Counted from the first letter of the stretch, positions 20,092 through 30,572 are shown. The stretch: DNA of 48,836 nucleotides from Desulfobaccales bacterium (GCA_041740935.1 JBGSLA010000019.1:1-48836); one strand, 5' to 3'. Notes: a model not told the origin generated them from the sequence alone. A program made the numbers and translations.

Positions 20092-20106
20092 GCAATTTCT
20101 GTGCCT
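20092..20106 (-). promoter_or_regulatory. Sigma54-type -24/-12 promoter
   Basis: The minus strand reads AGGCAC-AGAAA-TTGCC, with the consensus GG-N10-GC spacing. It lies about 50-65 nt upstream of ATG 20040, and a sigma54 activator gene is adjacent. Confidence 0.55.
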
Positions 20107-20382
20107 ATTAGGTCAACACATTGAAATATCATGTAAAATAGTTTTTAACAGATTGAGATCAGGAAGAGCTGCGGTCTTAGGAGAGCCGATTACAGGCTGG
20201 AAAAAGATTAACTTATTGATTTAACAAGATATATTATTGTTATTTTTGTGAACCGCCTCTCCCCCGGCTGCGGACATCCTTAAGACACATCATCACGATA
20301 TTTAAGAATTTTAAAGAGATAGCCATGTCCGAAATATGGACACGGCAACAAAGCAGGCGCACACAGCGGGTGGAGTGAGGCT

Positions 20383-22575
20383 TTAATGGGTGGTGGGGTC
20401 GGAATTGGGGACCTTGTGCCGCTTCAAGATGGCGTACACCGTGCTGCGGCTTATACCTAAGCGCTTGGCGGTGAGCTTTTTATTGCCCCCGGTTTCTTTG
20501 AGGATTTCCAGCAGAGTCTGCAACTCCCGTTCTTCCATGGTGGGGGGCGACATGGGCGCCTGCTGCCGCAGGGCCGCAGGGAAATCCCAGGCCTCCAGTT
20601 GGCTGCCCTTGGCCAGGACCACGGCATGTTCCAGGGAATTCTCCAGCTCCCGGACATTTCCGGGCCAGGGATATTCCAGGAGGAGGCGCATGGCCTCGGA
20701 GCTTATATCGGTGATGTCTTTGCGCTGTTCTGCGGCGAAGCGGCGCAAAAAGTGGAGGGCCAGCAGGGGGATGTCGTTTTTGCGCTCCCGGAGCGACGGC
20801 AGCTGCACGGGGATGACCTTGAGGCGATACAGGAGGTCCTCCCGAAAATTGCCCCGCTCCACTTCCTGCAACAGGTCTTTGTGGGTGGCGGCCAGGAGGC
20901 GCACGTCCACGCTCAGCGTCTTTTCGCCCCCCACCCGCTCAAACTTGCGGCTCTGCAAGACCCTGAGGAGCTTAATCTGGGCGGTGGGCGGCATTTCCCC
21001 CACTTCATCCAAGAAAACGGTGCCTCCCTGGGCCAATTCGAAGCGCCCCGGCTTCTGGCGGATGGCCCCGGTGAAGGCGCCCTTCTCATGTCCGAAAAGT
21101 TCACTCTCCAACAGCGCGGCGGGATAGGCCGAACAATTAATGACCATGAAAGGTTTGTCCTGTCGGGGACTGAACCGGTGGATGGCCCTGGCCACCAACT
21201 CCTTACCGGTGCCGCTCTCCCCTTGAATCAGGACGGTGGCGTCGGTGGGCGCCACGTCCTCGATGAGTTTGTATATGGTTTGCATCTTGGGGTCTCTGCC
21301 GATGAGCTCACCAAACCCGGCCGCGGCTTCCACCCGGCCCCTGAGACCGCCCACCTCCTCCTCGTGGACCATGGCCCGCCCCAGAGCCCCGGCATTCTGA
21401 TTCAGGATGAGCCCCAGCCACTGTATTTTCTCGGGATGGCAGTCGCAATTCCCCGGACAGGCGACCACCGCAGCGCCCACAATCTGGCCGTCAGTAAAGG
21501 GAATGTGGGCCTGACGTTCCATGGCGGGGAAACTTTCCGGGACCAGGGGTGATCTCAGGAGATTCTTCCGGGTAAAACCCGGTTTGGTCAGCCTCTCCAA
21601 AGTTGCCTGGGCGTTTTTGATCGTCTCGGGATCTCTCAAAGAAACCAGGCCGTGGTCCGAGATGATAAAAAGGGTATCCCGGGCGGCATTGAAGGCCAAA
21701 AAAGATACATGGGAGCAGGGCACCTGGTCTTTGAGCTTTTCCAAGAGAAAGGCGCCCATTTCCTTCAAGGTCCCCAGGGCGCTGATTTCCCGGACAATCT
21801 GGCAGGCGGCCCGGGCCTGTCCATAAGCCCGCTCCAACTCCTGGGTCTGCTCCTCCAGGCGACGGGTGTAATCTTCCTGGCGGGCCACCATCTGGTTGAA
21901 AGAGCCGGCCAACCGGGCTATTTCAGCCTGTCCTTGCACGGGCACCCGCACCTCCGTCATCCCCTGGTCTATTTGCCGGGTGGCCTCCACCAGGGTGGCC
22001 AGGGGTCGGGTGATGCGCCTCACAAAGAAAAGGCCGCCCACCATGGCAGCCAGGAGAATGCCCAGGGTAAGCAGGCCGATCTGCAGCCACAGGGACAGCA
22101 CCTGCCGCCGGTAATAGGATTCCGAGAAACCGACCCGCAGGACTCCGGCTTTGCCCTCGAATATCGGCCAGGCCGCGTCCAGAAAAGGTTCTCCGCCTTT
22201 GGAGGCGATGGCTCGAAGTTCAGGCTTCTCCACCGAACCGGGTTGACTGGCCGCCACCAGACCGGCCGGCACCCCTTTTTTAAAGGTGTGGGCCAGGATG
22301 CGGCCTTCCCTGACCACAAACAGGTAGCCCAGGCCCGGATTGCTATGCATTTGCTGATCCAGCAGCTTTTGGAGACCCACCCTGTCGTTGATGAGAATCC
22401 GGTCGGCGGCCTCCAGGGCCACGGCATGGGCCAGGTTTTCCGCCTGGCTCGACAGGGTGGCCTGCAAGGCAGCGCTGTAACGTTGGGTGACCAGGAAGGC
22501 GATGGCCAGACCGCTGAACACCACCAAAAAGGCGATGGCCGCCAAGAGACTACTCTTGAGGGTGCGAAACCCCAT
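20383..22575 (-). CDS. Membrane-bound sigma54-dependent transcriptional activator (periplasmic domain-HAMP-GAF-like-AAA+-Fis HTH), no receiver domain
   Basis: 730 aa. Two TM segments bracket a periplasmic domain of about 150 aa. HAMP-like segment follows. [15 protein letters not shown] (Walker A), [15 protein letters not shown] (GAFTGA motif), and C-terminal [19 protein letters not shown]. Confidence 0.9.
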   Translation of the reverse strand: MGFRTLKSSLLAAIAFLVVFSGLAIAFLVTQRYSAALQATLSSQAENLAHAVALEAADRILINDRVGLQKLLDQQMHSNPGLGYLFVVREGRILAHTFKKGVPAGLVAASQPGSVEKPELRAIASKGGEPFLDAAWPIFEGKAGVLRVGFSESYYRRQVLSLWLQIGLLTLGILLAAMVGGLFFVRRITRPLATLVEATRQIDQGMTEVRVPVQGQAEIARLAGSFNQMVARQEDYTRRLEEQTQELERAYGQARAACQIVREISALGTLKEMGAFLLEKLKDQVPCSHVSFLAFNAARDTLFIISDHGLVSLRDPETIKNAQATLERLTKPGFTRKNLLRSPLVPESFPAMERQAHIPFTDGQIVGAAVVACPGNCDCHPEKIQWLGLILNQNAGALGRAMVHEEEVGGLRGRVEAAAGFGELIGRDPKMQTIYKLIEDVAPTDATVLIQGESGTGKELVARAIHRFSPRQDKPFMVINCSAYPAALLESELFGHEKGAFTGAIRQKPGRFELAQGGTVFLDEVGEMPPTAQIKLLRVLQSRKFERVGGEKTLSVDVRLLAATHKDLLQEVERGNFREDLLYRLKVIPVQLPSLRERKNDIPLLALHFLRRFAAEQRKDITDISSEAMRLLLEYPWPGNVRELENSLEHAVVLAKGSQLEAWDFPAALRQQAPMSPPTMEERELQTLLEILKETGGNKKLTAKRLGISRSTVYAILKRHKVPNSDPTTH

Positions 22576-23503
22576 GACTCTCTTCCTTGATCCGGGCCAG
22601 CCCCTGATATTTCAACCGGATGGCCTCATACCACGCCTCCTGGAGGGGGACAAAGCGGTCGATGAATAGTTCCTGGAGAATTTTCTCCCCTTCCGGGTCC
22701 TGGTGCATGCTGAAAAGCACCTGTTGCAGGCGCTCATGATCGTCCGGCGGCAGCCGGCCGGAGGTGACCAGGGGAGGGATGCCGAAGGGCTGGGACTTTC
22801 TGATTATTTTGGTGCGGGCGGTGAACTCCGGCTTTTTTTCCTGATAATATTCATAGATCAGACTATCCACCGCGGCGCCATCCACCAATTCCCGGGAGAC
22901 CGCCAGGATGGCGTTGTCGTGACTATAGGTATAGATGGTCTGGCTGAAAAAGGTTTCCGGTCGCTCCTGCAGGTCGGCCAGCCAGGCGGTGGGGATGAGC
23001 TTGCCGGTATTGGAATGGGGATCAGTGAAGGCAAAGGTGCGCCCTCGCAGATCTTCCAGCCTGTTGTAGGGACTGTCCTTATTGACGATGAGGAGGGAGT
23101 GGTAGGAAGGGCTGCCGTGGACCACCGGCACGGCCAGGGGCTTAAAGCCAAGGGCCTCCCGGGCGGTGGCGTAAGGGCCGGCGCAGATAAAGGCCACATC
23201 GATGTCGCCCCGCCGGAGGAGTTCATTGATTTCAGCGTAGGTTTGGCGCTGGATGAATTCCAGGTCTTTTCCGGCCCGGCGGCTTAAATATTCCAGGAGT
23301 CGGCGGTACTGGTCGAAGGTTTCCTTGGGGGAAATCATGGCCGCCACCGCCACCCGCAGGGTCGGCTGCCGGGAAGGCTGCTCTTCGGATTGGGCCGCGG
23401 GCACAATCTTGTCGAAATCCACCACCAGCCGGTCCCCATCCCCCCCGCACCCGGCGGCGATGAGCACCCCGACCATGATCAGCATTAACCCAGATATTCT
23501 CAT
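22550..23503 (-). CDS. PhnD-type (phosphonate-binding-like) periplasmic solute-binding protein
   Basis: 317 aa. Signal peptide with lipobox-like [29 protein letters not shown]...[10 protein letters not shown] is typical of the PhnD/Phosphonate-bd family. Overlaps the activator gene by 26 nt. Confidence 0.7.
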   Translation of the reverse strand: MRISGLMLIMVGVLIAAGCGGDGDRLVVDFDKIVPAAQSEEQPSRQPTLRVAVAAMISPKETFDQYRRLLEYLSRRAGKDLEFIQRQTYAEINELLRRGDIDVAFICAGPYATAREALGFKPLAVPVVHGSPSYHSLLIVNKDSPYNRLEDLRGRTFAFTDPHSNTGKLIPTAWLADLQERPETFFSQTIYTYSHDNAILAVSRELVDGAAVDSLIYEYYQEKKPEFTARTKIIRKSQPFGIPPLVTSGRLPPDDHERLQQVLFSMHQDPEGEKILQELFIDRFVPLQEAWYEAIRLKYQGLARIKEESHGVSHPQE

Positions 23504-23564
23504 GGCTATAAAGGGAAATTCCGGCTCCTGGTGGATTCCTTGAACCCTGAAAACACTTTGTACT

Positions 23565-23592
23565 ATTGTAAGAATTTCCCAGGATATTTCAA
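23565..23592 (-). promoter_or_regulatory. Sigma70-type promoter candidate for the binding-protein/activator pair
   Basis: The minus strand reads TTGAAA-16 nt-TACAAT, about 60 nt upstream of ATG 23503. Confidence 0.4.
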
Positions 23593-23720
23593 GCCGCCCG
23601 GTGCACTTTGCGGCTCATCGGCCGGGGGAATGTCCCTTGATCAGGAAAAGGGATTCTTAAGAGAGCAATCCCTCATGGGCCTTCGGCCCACCCGCAAAGC
23701 ATGAAAAGACCGGCTTTTTT

Positions 23721-23752
23721 GACTTTGGACCCTGGACCCTGGACTTTGGACT
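23721..23752. repeat. GGACTTTG octamer repeat block
   Basis: GACTTTGGACCCTGGACCCTGGACTTTGGACT, the same unit as at 255-287 and 30041-70. Confidence 0.8.
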
Positions 23753-23811
23753 TTTCATAACAGGGGAAAGGGGGTTCCCCCTTCCACTCCCCACACTCCT
23801 GTGCAGCCCGG

Positions 23812-24204
23812 TTAAGCTTCGGGATGGTTCGCCGTCTTTTTCTCCTGATAGTTTTGAATGGCCAGGGCCAGGGCGTCGGCTCCCAGGTTGGAGCAGTGCA
23901 TTTTTTGGGGAGGCAGGCCGCCCAGGGCCTCGGCCACCGCCTTTTTGGTGATTTTCCGGGCTTCGGCCAGGGTCTTGCCCTTGGCCAGAGCGCTTACCAG
24001 GTCGGAGACCGCGATGGCCGCCACGCAGCCAAAGGTCTGGAACTTGACGTCCTGAATGATGTCGTCTTTGACCTTGATATAAAAGGTCATCATGTCGCCG
24101 CAGGTGGGGTTGCCCACTTCACCGACGCCGTCGGCGTCCTCGATGACCCCGGCGTGCTGCGGATTGTTGAAATGGTCCATGACGATATTAGAATACATGG
24201 TCAA
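23812..24204 (-). CDS. nifU: Fe-S cluster scaffold protein, NifU N-terminal/IscU type
   Basis: 130 aa. Contains NPTCGDMMTFYIKV, FQTFGCVAAIA and HCSNLGADAL, the three conserved Cys motifs. Confidence 0.9.
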   Translation of the reverse strand: MTMYSNIVMDHFNNPQHAGVIEDADGVGEVGNPTCGDMMTFYIKVKDDIIQDVKFQTFGCVAAIAVSDLVSALAKGKTLAEARKITKKAVAEALGGLPPQKMHCSNLGADALALAIQNYQEKKTANHPEA

Positions 24205-24628
24205 ACTCCTTGCTGTTCATGGCCTGGGCTTTGTTGACCAGGTCAGCCAGGGTGATGGCCTGCAGCCGCTCGAACATGGCTTCCGAAGCTTCCTTCCAGA
24301 TGAGGCGGGTGGGGCAGCTGTCGGCCCGTTGGCAAACCCCGGCGTGGTCACTGCATTCCACCAGGCTGGTGCCCTCTTCCAGGAGCGCCACGATTTCCCC
24401 CAGGGTAATCTCCCCGGGCGGCCTGGTTAAAATGTGCCCGCCTTTGGGTCCCCGCACACTCTCGATATAGCGGGCCTTTTTCAAAGGGATGATTATCTGC
24501 TCCAGGTATTTCACCGAGACGTCCTGGCGTTTGGCAATGTCCCCCAGTTGGATGGGGCCCTGATTGTAATGCTGGGCCATGTCCAACATCAATCGCGTGC
24601 CGTAGCGGCTGCGGGTGGACAGCTTCAT
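24188..24628 (-). CDS. Rrf2-family (IscR-like) transcriptional regulator
   Basis: Start at ATG 24628 (MKLSTRSRYGTRLMLDMA...). wHTH region plus a C-terminal CSDHAGVCQRADSCP Cys cluster. Confidence 0.85.
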   Translation of the reverse strand: MKLSTRSRYGTRLMLDMAQHYNQGPIQLGDIAKRQDVSVKYLEQIIIPLKKARYIESVRGPKGGHILTRPPGEITLGEIVALLEEGTSLVECSDHAGVCQRADSCPTRLIWKEASEAMFERLQAITLADLVNKAQAMNSKEFDHVF

Positions 24629-24630
24629 GC

Positions 24631-25818
24631 TCAACCTCCTGAGACCGCGGCCATTTTTTTGCGCCACACCGGGGAGAAGGAGCGCAGTTTCTCCACCGCC
24701 GGGGGCAGTTTTTCCAGGACATAATCCACTTCGTCTTCCCGGTTGGCGGCGTCCAGGGTAAAAACCAGGGAGCCCTGGGCGATCTCCGGGGAAATTCCCA
24801 TGGCGCACAGGGTGGGGGAAACTTTGAGGGCCTTGCTGGCGCAGGCCGAACCGGTGTTGGCGAAAATCCCCTGGCTGTTGAGCAGAAAAATCAGGGCCTC
24901 CCCTTCGATGCCCTCGAAGCAGAAGCTGGCGTGGCCCGGCAGGCGCTCCTCCGGATGGCCGGTGAAGAGGACATCGGCGACCCCGCGGTTGATGCCCGCC
25001 GCCAGGCGGTCCCGCAAGGCGCGCAGATAAGAAATTTTCTCCGGCAATTCCCGGTGGACCAGTTCGGCGGCCGCGCCCAGACCGACGATGCCGGGGACGT
25101 TTTCGGTGCCGCCCCGCCGGCCGTTCTCCTGGATGCCGCTGTGAATCTGGGGCACCAGGCGCAGGCCCCGGCGGAAGTAGAGGGCGCCGATGCCCTTGGG
25201 TCCGCCCAGAGCCGGACCGGAGAGGGTCAGGAGGTCAACCCCCAGTTCCTTGACGTCAACGGGCACCTGCCCGGCGGTGGCCACCGCGTCGGTATGGAAA
25301 AGAATACCCTGCTCCCGGCAGATGGCCGACAGCTCGGGGAAGCGCTGAATGGTGCCCATCTCGTTGCTGGCATGTTGAATGGACACCAGGACGGTGGCCG
25401 GGGTCAGGGCCTTTTGCAGCCGCTCCGGCTCCACCTGCCCGAATCTGTTGACCGGCAGAAAGGTGACTTCGAAATCGTGGAATTTTTCAAGATAACGGGC
25501 CGAATTCAGCACCGAATGATGTTCAATGGCGGAGACGATGACATGCCTGCCTTTTTTCAGATGGGCCAGGGAGGCCCCCTTGACGGCCAGATTGTTGGCC
25601 TCGGCGCCGCACGAGGTAAAAATGATCTGCTCCTCGGGAGCGCCGAGGAGCCGGGCCACCTTGGCCCGCTCCGCCTCAATCACCTCTTTGATTTCTGATC
25701 CCAGACTATAAACCGCGGACGGATTGCCGAAACGCTCGGTAAAATACGGCAACATGGCGGTGAGCACTTCCGGCCGCACCGGAGTGGCCGCGGCGTGGTC
25801 GAGATAAACCGTTTTCAT
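24631..25818 (-). CDS. nifS: Cysteine desulfurase (NifS-type)
   Basis: 395 aa. Begins VYLDHAAATP. Contains a class V aminotransferase fold and the active-site loop NTGSACASK. Confidence 0.9.
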   Translation of the reverse strand: MKTVYLDHAAATPVRPEVLTAMLPYFTERFGNPSAVYSLGSEIKEVIEAERAKVARLLGAPEEQIIFTSCGAEANNLAVKGASLAHLKKGRHVIVSAIEHHSVLNSARYLEKFHDFEVTFLPVNRFGQVEPERLQKALTPATVLVSIQHASNEMGTIQRFPELSAICREQGILFHTDAVATAGQVPVDVKELGVDLLTLSGPALGGPKGIGALYFRRGLRLVPQIHSGIQENGRRGGTENVPGIVGLGAAAELVHRELPEKISYLRALRDRLAAGINRGVADVLFTGHPEERLPGHASFCFEGIEGEALIFLLNSQGIFANTGSACASKALKVSPTLCAMGISPEIAQGSLVFTLDAANREDEVDYVLEKLPPAVEKLRSFSPVWRKKMAAVSGG

Positions 25819-25827
25819 GATTTTGCC

Positions 25828-26085
25828 TCAATGAACCTTTTTGATATAGAGTTTATAAAGGTCCTCGTCCTCCTGGTCCTCACAGATACCCACGAATTCC
25901 TGACCATGCTTGGCGCACCAGGCCGGGATGTCCTCCAGGGCGCCGTCGTAGTCGGTGACAATTTCCAACACCTGCCCTGTATGCAGATCCTTGAGGAATT
26001 CAGCGGGTTCCAGGAGGTGCATGGGACACACCCGGTACACCAGATCAGCCGTGGCGTCGGCCTTGCACTCATGCAGAAACCTCAT
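25828..26085 (-). CDS. TusA/SirA-like sulfur carrier protein
   Basis: 85 aa. CPMHLLEP corresponds to the TusA CPxP active-site motif. DIPAWCAKHGQEF resembles the conserved C-terminal block. Confidence 0.7.
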   Translation of the reverse strand: MRFLHECKADATADLVYRVCPMHLLEPAEFLKDLHTGQVLEIVTDYDGALEDIPAWCAKHGQEFVGICEDQEDEDLYKLYIKKVH

Positions 26086-26215
26086 GGTCTTATCTCCATT
26101 TTTGTATTATATATTATTTAAATATAGAATAAAGCCGATAAAAAATTTGTCAAGGGAGCCTCCGGAAAATTATGCCTTTTCAAGGGGAAATCCCTTGAGA
26201 TGGCCGGAGGCGCCT

Positions 26216-26626
26216 TCAATCGAACCGGATCTCCATGGCCTCGTAGGGGCAGACCTTGAGACATTTCTCGCAGGCGATGCAGCGCTCCCGGTCGAAGGCC
26301 ACCGTCATGCTGGGCCGGTCCACCACATAAAGGGCCTTGGTGGGACAGGGGGCCACGCAGGCGGTGCAGTGGACGCAGCGCTCTTCGTGCCACAGCACCT
26401 CCCGGGCCAGAGGCTCCACCCCCACCCCGGCCTGGGCCAGAAAGTTCATGGCGTCCTGCCAGCGGCCGCCGTCCTCGGCCAGTTCCACCACCATGCTGCC
26501 CCACTCCCTGGGGGTGATGCGGGCCCGCAGGATATTGACCACCAGGCCGAAGTCCTTGATCAGGCGATAGGTGAGGGGCTGGTCGATGAGATGGGGCGGA
26601 ATGTTCAAAACCATTTTTTTCGGCAT
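26216..26626 (-). CDS. NIL-domain / 2x[4Fe-4S] ferredoxin protein
   Basis: 136 aa. N-terminal NIL-like domain followed by CVHCTACVAPCP and CIACEKCLKVCP. Confidence 0.8.
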   Translation of the reverse strand: MPKKMVLNIPPHLIDQPLTYRLIKDFGLVVNILRARITPREWGSMVVELAEDGGRWQDAMNFLAQAGVGVEPLAREVLWHEERCVHCTACVAPCPTKALYVVDRPSMTVAFDRERCIACEKCLKVCPYEAMEIRFD

Positions 26627-26673
26627 GGTGCAGTCCTCTTTTTTAAAAAGCTCCAGGTAACCGCGGTTTTTTT

Positions 26674-27882
26674 TTAAGAAACCGGCGGCCGCTCGACCAG
26701 GGGCTTAAAGGCGTAACCCGAATCCGGACCGGGAAGCGGGGCCAGGGGTTCGGCCAGGAGGAAGGAGCCGGCGGCAATCCAGTCCTTGAGGATCCCGGCC
26801 ACTTCCCGGGCCCGGGCATAGGAAGACAGGCCGGAAGTGGCAATCTTTTTGCCGTTGACCGTGATTTCCCCGGACTTGAGTTCAGCCACCGTGACCTCCG
26901 CCAAAATTTCCGCTTTGCCGTTGGGATAGGCCTCGCTGTAATCCACCACCGAACCCACGATGTCGGCGTCGCTGACCGAGGCGTAATGGAGCATCTCCTC
27001 ATCCAGGATGGGGATGGGGAGGCCCAGGCCCACCGCCAGGGTGACGCCGTAGCCCGTGAATGAGGCGCCTCGGAGCCAGCGGGGGCTCATCTGCTTCAGG
27101 TCCCCGGTGACGGCCAGGGTGCCGGCGCCCACCCGGGGCAGACCCCTGTCGGTGCGCTTCACCCCGGGGTTGTGCTGGGTGCCCTGGCTCACCACATAGC
27201 CCACGCCGCCTCCCAGGAAGATGCGGGTCCCCACCCCGATGGTGCGGTAGAGAGGGTCATTGAGCAAGGGGCTCAACTGGCCGGCGGTGCAGTAATTGGC
27301 GTTGCGCAGCCGGGGCTGGAGCACTCCCATGTAGGTATAGAGCACCCGATCCGACAGGTTCACGGCCACGTTATAGTTCTGATAGGCGTTGCGCATATTG
27401 AAGAGCACCGCTTCGTTTAAGTCCGCCAAACGGGTCAAGGTGTCCAGGGCCTTGCGGGGGTAGCAGTCGGTGCCGTAGCCGGCGGCTGTCAGGCGCACGT
27501 CCTTTCCCGCCACCAACTCCTCGATGACATGCCCGCCCCCATAGGGAAACTCGCCGGGAAAGACCTTGTTGCGGGGGTCGTCGTCCGGAATGGCGGTGGC
27601 CCCCAGAACAATATCCACCGCGGCGAAACCGGCATAGGCCGGGACGTGGTTCAGGGTGACCCGGCCGCCCCCGATCTTCATACGCGGCTTGGTGTGCCCC
27701 AGATTAAAATAAGCCCCGGAGGAACACATGGGCGCAAAGGTGCCGGTGGTGACCACGTCCACCTGGGCCGCTGCCTGCTTGGGGCCTTTTTCTTTGACCA
27801 CCGCCAAAATCTCCTCCGCGGTGACCACCACGGCCCGCCCGGCTTTAATCTTTTCGTTTATTTCCTGAATCGTTTTGCCCAT
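26674..27882 (-). CDS. COG1900/DUF39 homocysteine biosynthesis protein
   Basis: ATG 27882 sits 6 nt after AAGGAG; the ORF-track start 27900 is a TTG. The blocks VDVVTTGTFAPMCSSGAYFN and GGGHVIEELVAGK match the DUF39 family. It is paired with a NIL-ferredoxin, as in methanogens. Confidence 0.75.
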   Translation of the reverse strand: MGKTIQEINEKIKAGRAVVVTAEEILAVVKEKGPKQAAAQVDVVTTGTFAPMCSSGAYFNLGHTKPRMKIGGGRVTLNHVPAYAGFAAVDIVLGATAIPDDDPRNKVFPGEFPYGGGHVIEELVAGKDVRLTAAGYGTDCYPRKALDTLTRLADLNEAVLFNMRNAYQNYNVAVNLSDRVLYTYMGVLQPRLRNANYCTAGQLSPLLNDPLYRTIGVGTRIFLGGGVGYVVSQGTQHNPGVKRTDRGLPRVGAGTLAVTGDLKQMSPRWLRGASFTGYGVTLAVGLGLPIPILDEEMLHYASVSDADIVGSVVDYSEAYPNGKAEILAEVTVAELKSGEITVNGKKIATSGLSSYARAREVAGILKDWIAAGSFLLAEPLAPLPGPDSGYAFKPLVERPPVS

Positions 27883-28111
27883 CGGTTTCTCCTTCCGCAA
27901 TTTTCGCCATCACCGGTAATCCTGTGGATATTCAGGCTGTTGGGATCTGCCAGCCCTGTGGTAAAATAAATCCAAAATTTTGCGTTATTCATATTGATTT
28001 ATTCTATATAATATTGATATATATTAAACAACAAAAAAAGAAGCTGTAAACCGTAAGAAACCGGCCCTGCCGAAAGTTTTTTTGACCCGGGGGCCAAGGA
28101 GGACGGGGAAA

Positions 28112-29107
<996 letters not shown>

Positions 29108-29112
29108 CCTCC

Positions 29113-30038
29113 ATGGCTGCCGATTATCCCCGCATTTTTGACGCAGTGGGAGGCACCCCCCTGGTGCGCCTTATGGCCCTCACCCGGGGGCTGGGGGCCA
29201 CGGTGCTGGCCAAGCTCGAGTCCATGAATCCTCTGGGCAGCGTCAAGGACAGGATCGGCGCGGCCATGGTAAGGGCGGCCGAGGCTCAGGGGCTCATCCG
29301 CCCCGGGGGCCTGATGGTGGAGCCCACCAGCGGCAACACCGGCATCGCCCTGGCCTTTGTCTGCGCCGCCCGGGGCTACCGCCTGATCCTGACCATGCCC
29401 GAAACCATGAGCCTGGAGCGGCGCAAGCTCTTAAAACATCTGGGGGCCGAGGTGATCCTGACCCCGGCCGGCCAGGGGATGACCGGGGCCATAAACCGGG
29501 CCCGGCAGATCGCGGCTGAGCATCCCGGGGCCTATCTGCCGGACCAGTTCAACAATCCGGCCAATCCCGACATCCACCGGCGCACCACCGCAGCGGAAAT
29601 CTGGCGGGACACCAAAGGGGCGGTGGACATCCTGGTGGCCGGGGTGGGCACCGGCGGCACCATCACCGGGGTGGCGGAGGCCATCAAAGCCCGCAGCCCT
29701 CGTTTCGGGCCGTGGCAGTGGAGCCGGCCGCGTCAGCGGTGCTCTCCGGCGGCGCGGCCGGACCCCATAAAATCCAGGGGATCGGCGCGGGATTCGTGCC
29801 CGGCGTGCTGAATCGGGACATTCTGGATGAAATTATCACCGTGAGCGATGAGGAAGCTTTCGAGACCGCCCGGCAGGTGGCCCGGCAGGAAGGCATTCTG
29901 TGCGGCATCTCCTCGGGCGCGGCCGTCTGGGCCGCGTTGCAGGTGGCCCGCCGCCCGGAGAGTCAGGGAAAAATTATCGTGGCCATGCTCCCCAGCACCG
30001 GGGAGCGCTACCTGAGCACTGAGCTTTTTCTGTCCTGA
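29113..30038 (+). pseudogene. cysK: Cysteine synthase A (O-acetylserine sulfhydrylase) interrupted by a -1 frameshift near 29701
   Basis: Frame 1 (29113..) reads ...[20 protein letters not shown], then diverges. The conserved continuation [17 protein letters not shown]...[13 protein letters not shown] is in the frame of ORF 29712..30038. Only 2 nt (CG, 29701-02) separate the last good codon from the first good codon. Confidence 0.8.
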
Positions 30039-30040
30039 AA

Positions 30041-30520
30041 AGTCCAAAGTCCAGGGTCCACAGTCCAAAGTTTTTTCTATCCTGAAAAGTTTGTAGCGTG
30101 TAGGGGCAGGCGACCTCGCCTGCCCTCAATGGACAGCCGGGGGCGGCTGTCCCTGCACCAGAAAATCTTTTCATGCTCTGCGGGTGGGCCGCCGGACCAT
30201 GAGGAGCTGTCCTGAAAAGTTCGATCCGGGAAAGGGGGGTGCCCACGGGCTGGAAGCCCGTGCTACCGGGGCCAGCGGGCCCCTGCCCCCTCCCCCAACC
30301 CCTTTACGCTCTTTATTCTGGTTCCCAAGCTCCCGCTTGGGAACCCACTTGCCCGCCAAGCTCTGCTTGGCCCCGCTTCCGGCACAATAAGAGCGGCGGG
30401 CGGTACCCGCTCAACGCGGCTTTTCATGCCTTACGGGTGAACCGCCGGCCCCTCAGGAACTGTTGGGATAAAGTTACTTCGACCCACCCAGGCCAGATAT
30501 TTCGGCAGCTACCCGTCTAG
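30041..30520 (+). repeat. Mosaic hairpin repeat array (copy B)
   Basis: Octamer block at 30041-30070. The ~125-nt element at 30097-30221 is shared with 547-672 and 45617-45742. GGGCTGGAAGCCCGTGCTACC at 30241-30270. Further GC hairpins extend to about 30520. Confidence 0.85.
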
Positions 30521-30572
30521 CCTGAGCAGTTTTTCTCCCCATCAGTAATGCGATAATTTTATTGACATATAA

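Noticed and set aside
27883-28111. A riboswitch (SAM/SAH-type) in the leader of the COG1900 homocysteine gene or of cysE, and a Moco riboswitch ahead of the molybdoenzyme operon (20041-20091).
   Set aside because: I could not find the conserved cores of these riboswitch classes. Only a short CAGGGCTG...CAGCCTG hairpin is present at 27915-27960. The operon leader is only about 50 nt. A covariance-model scan (Rfam/Infernal) would be needed to exclude them formally.
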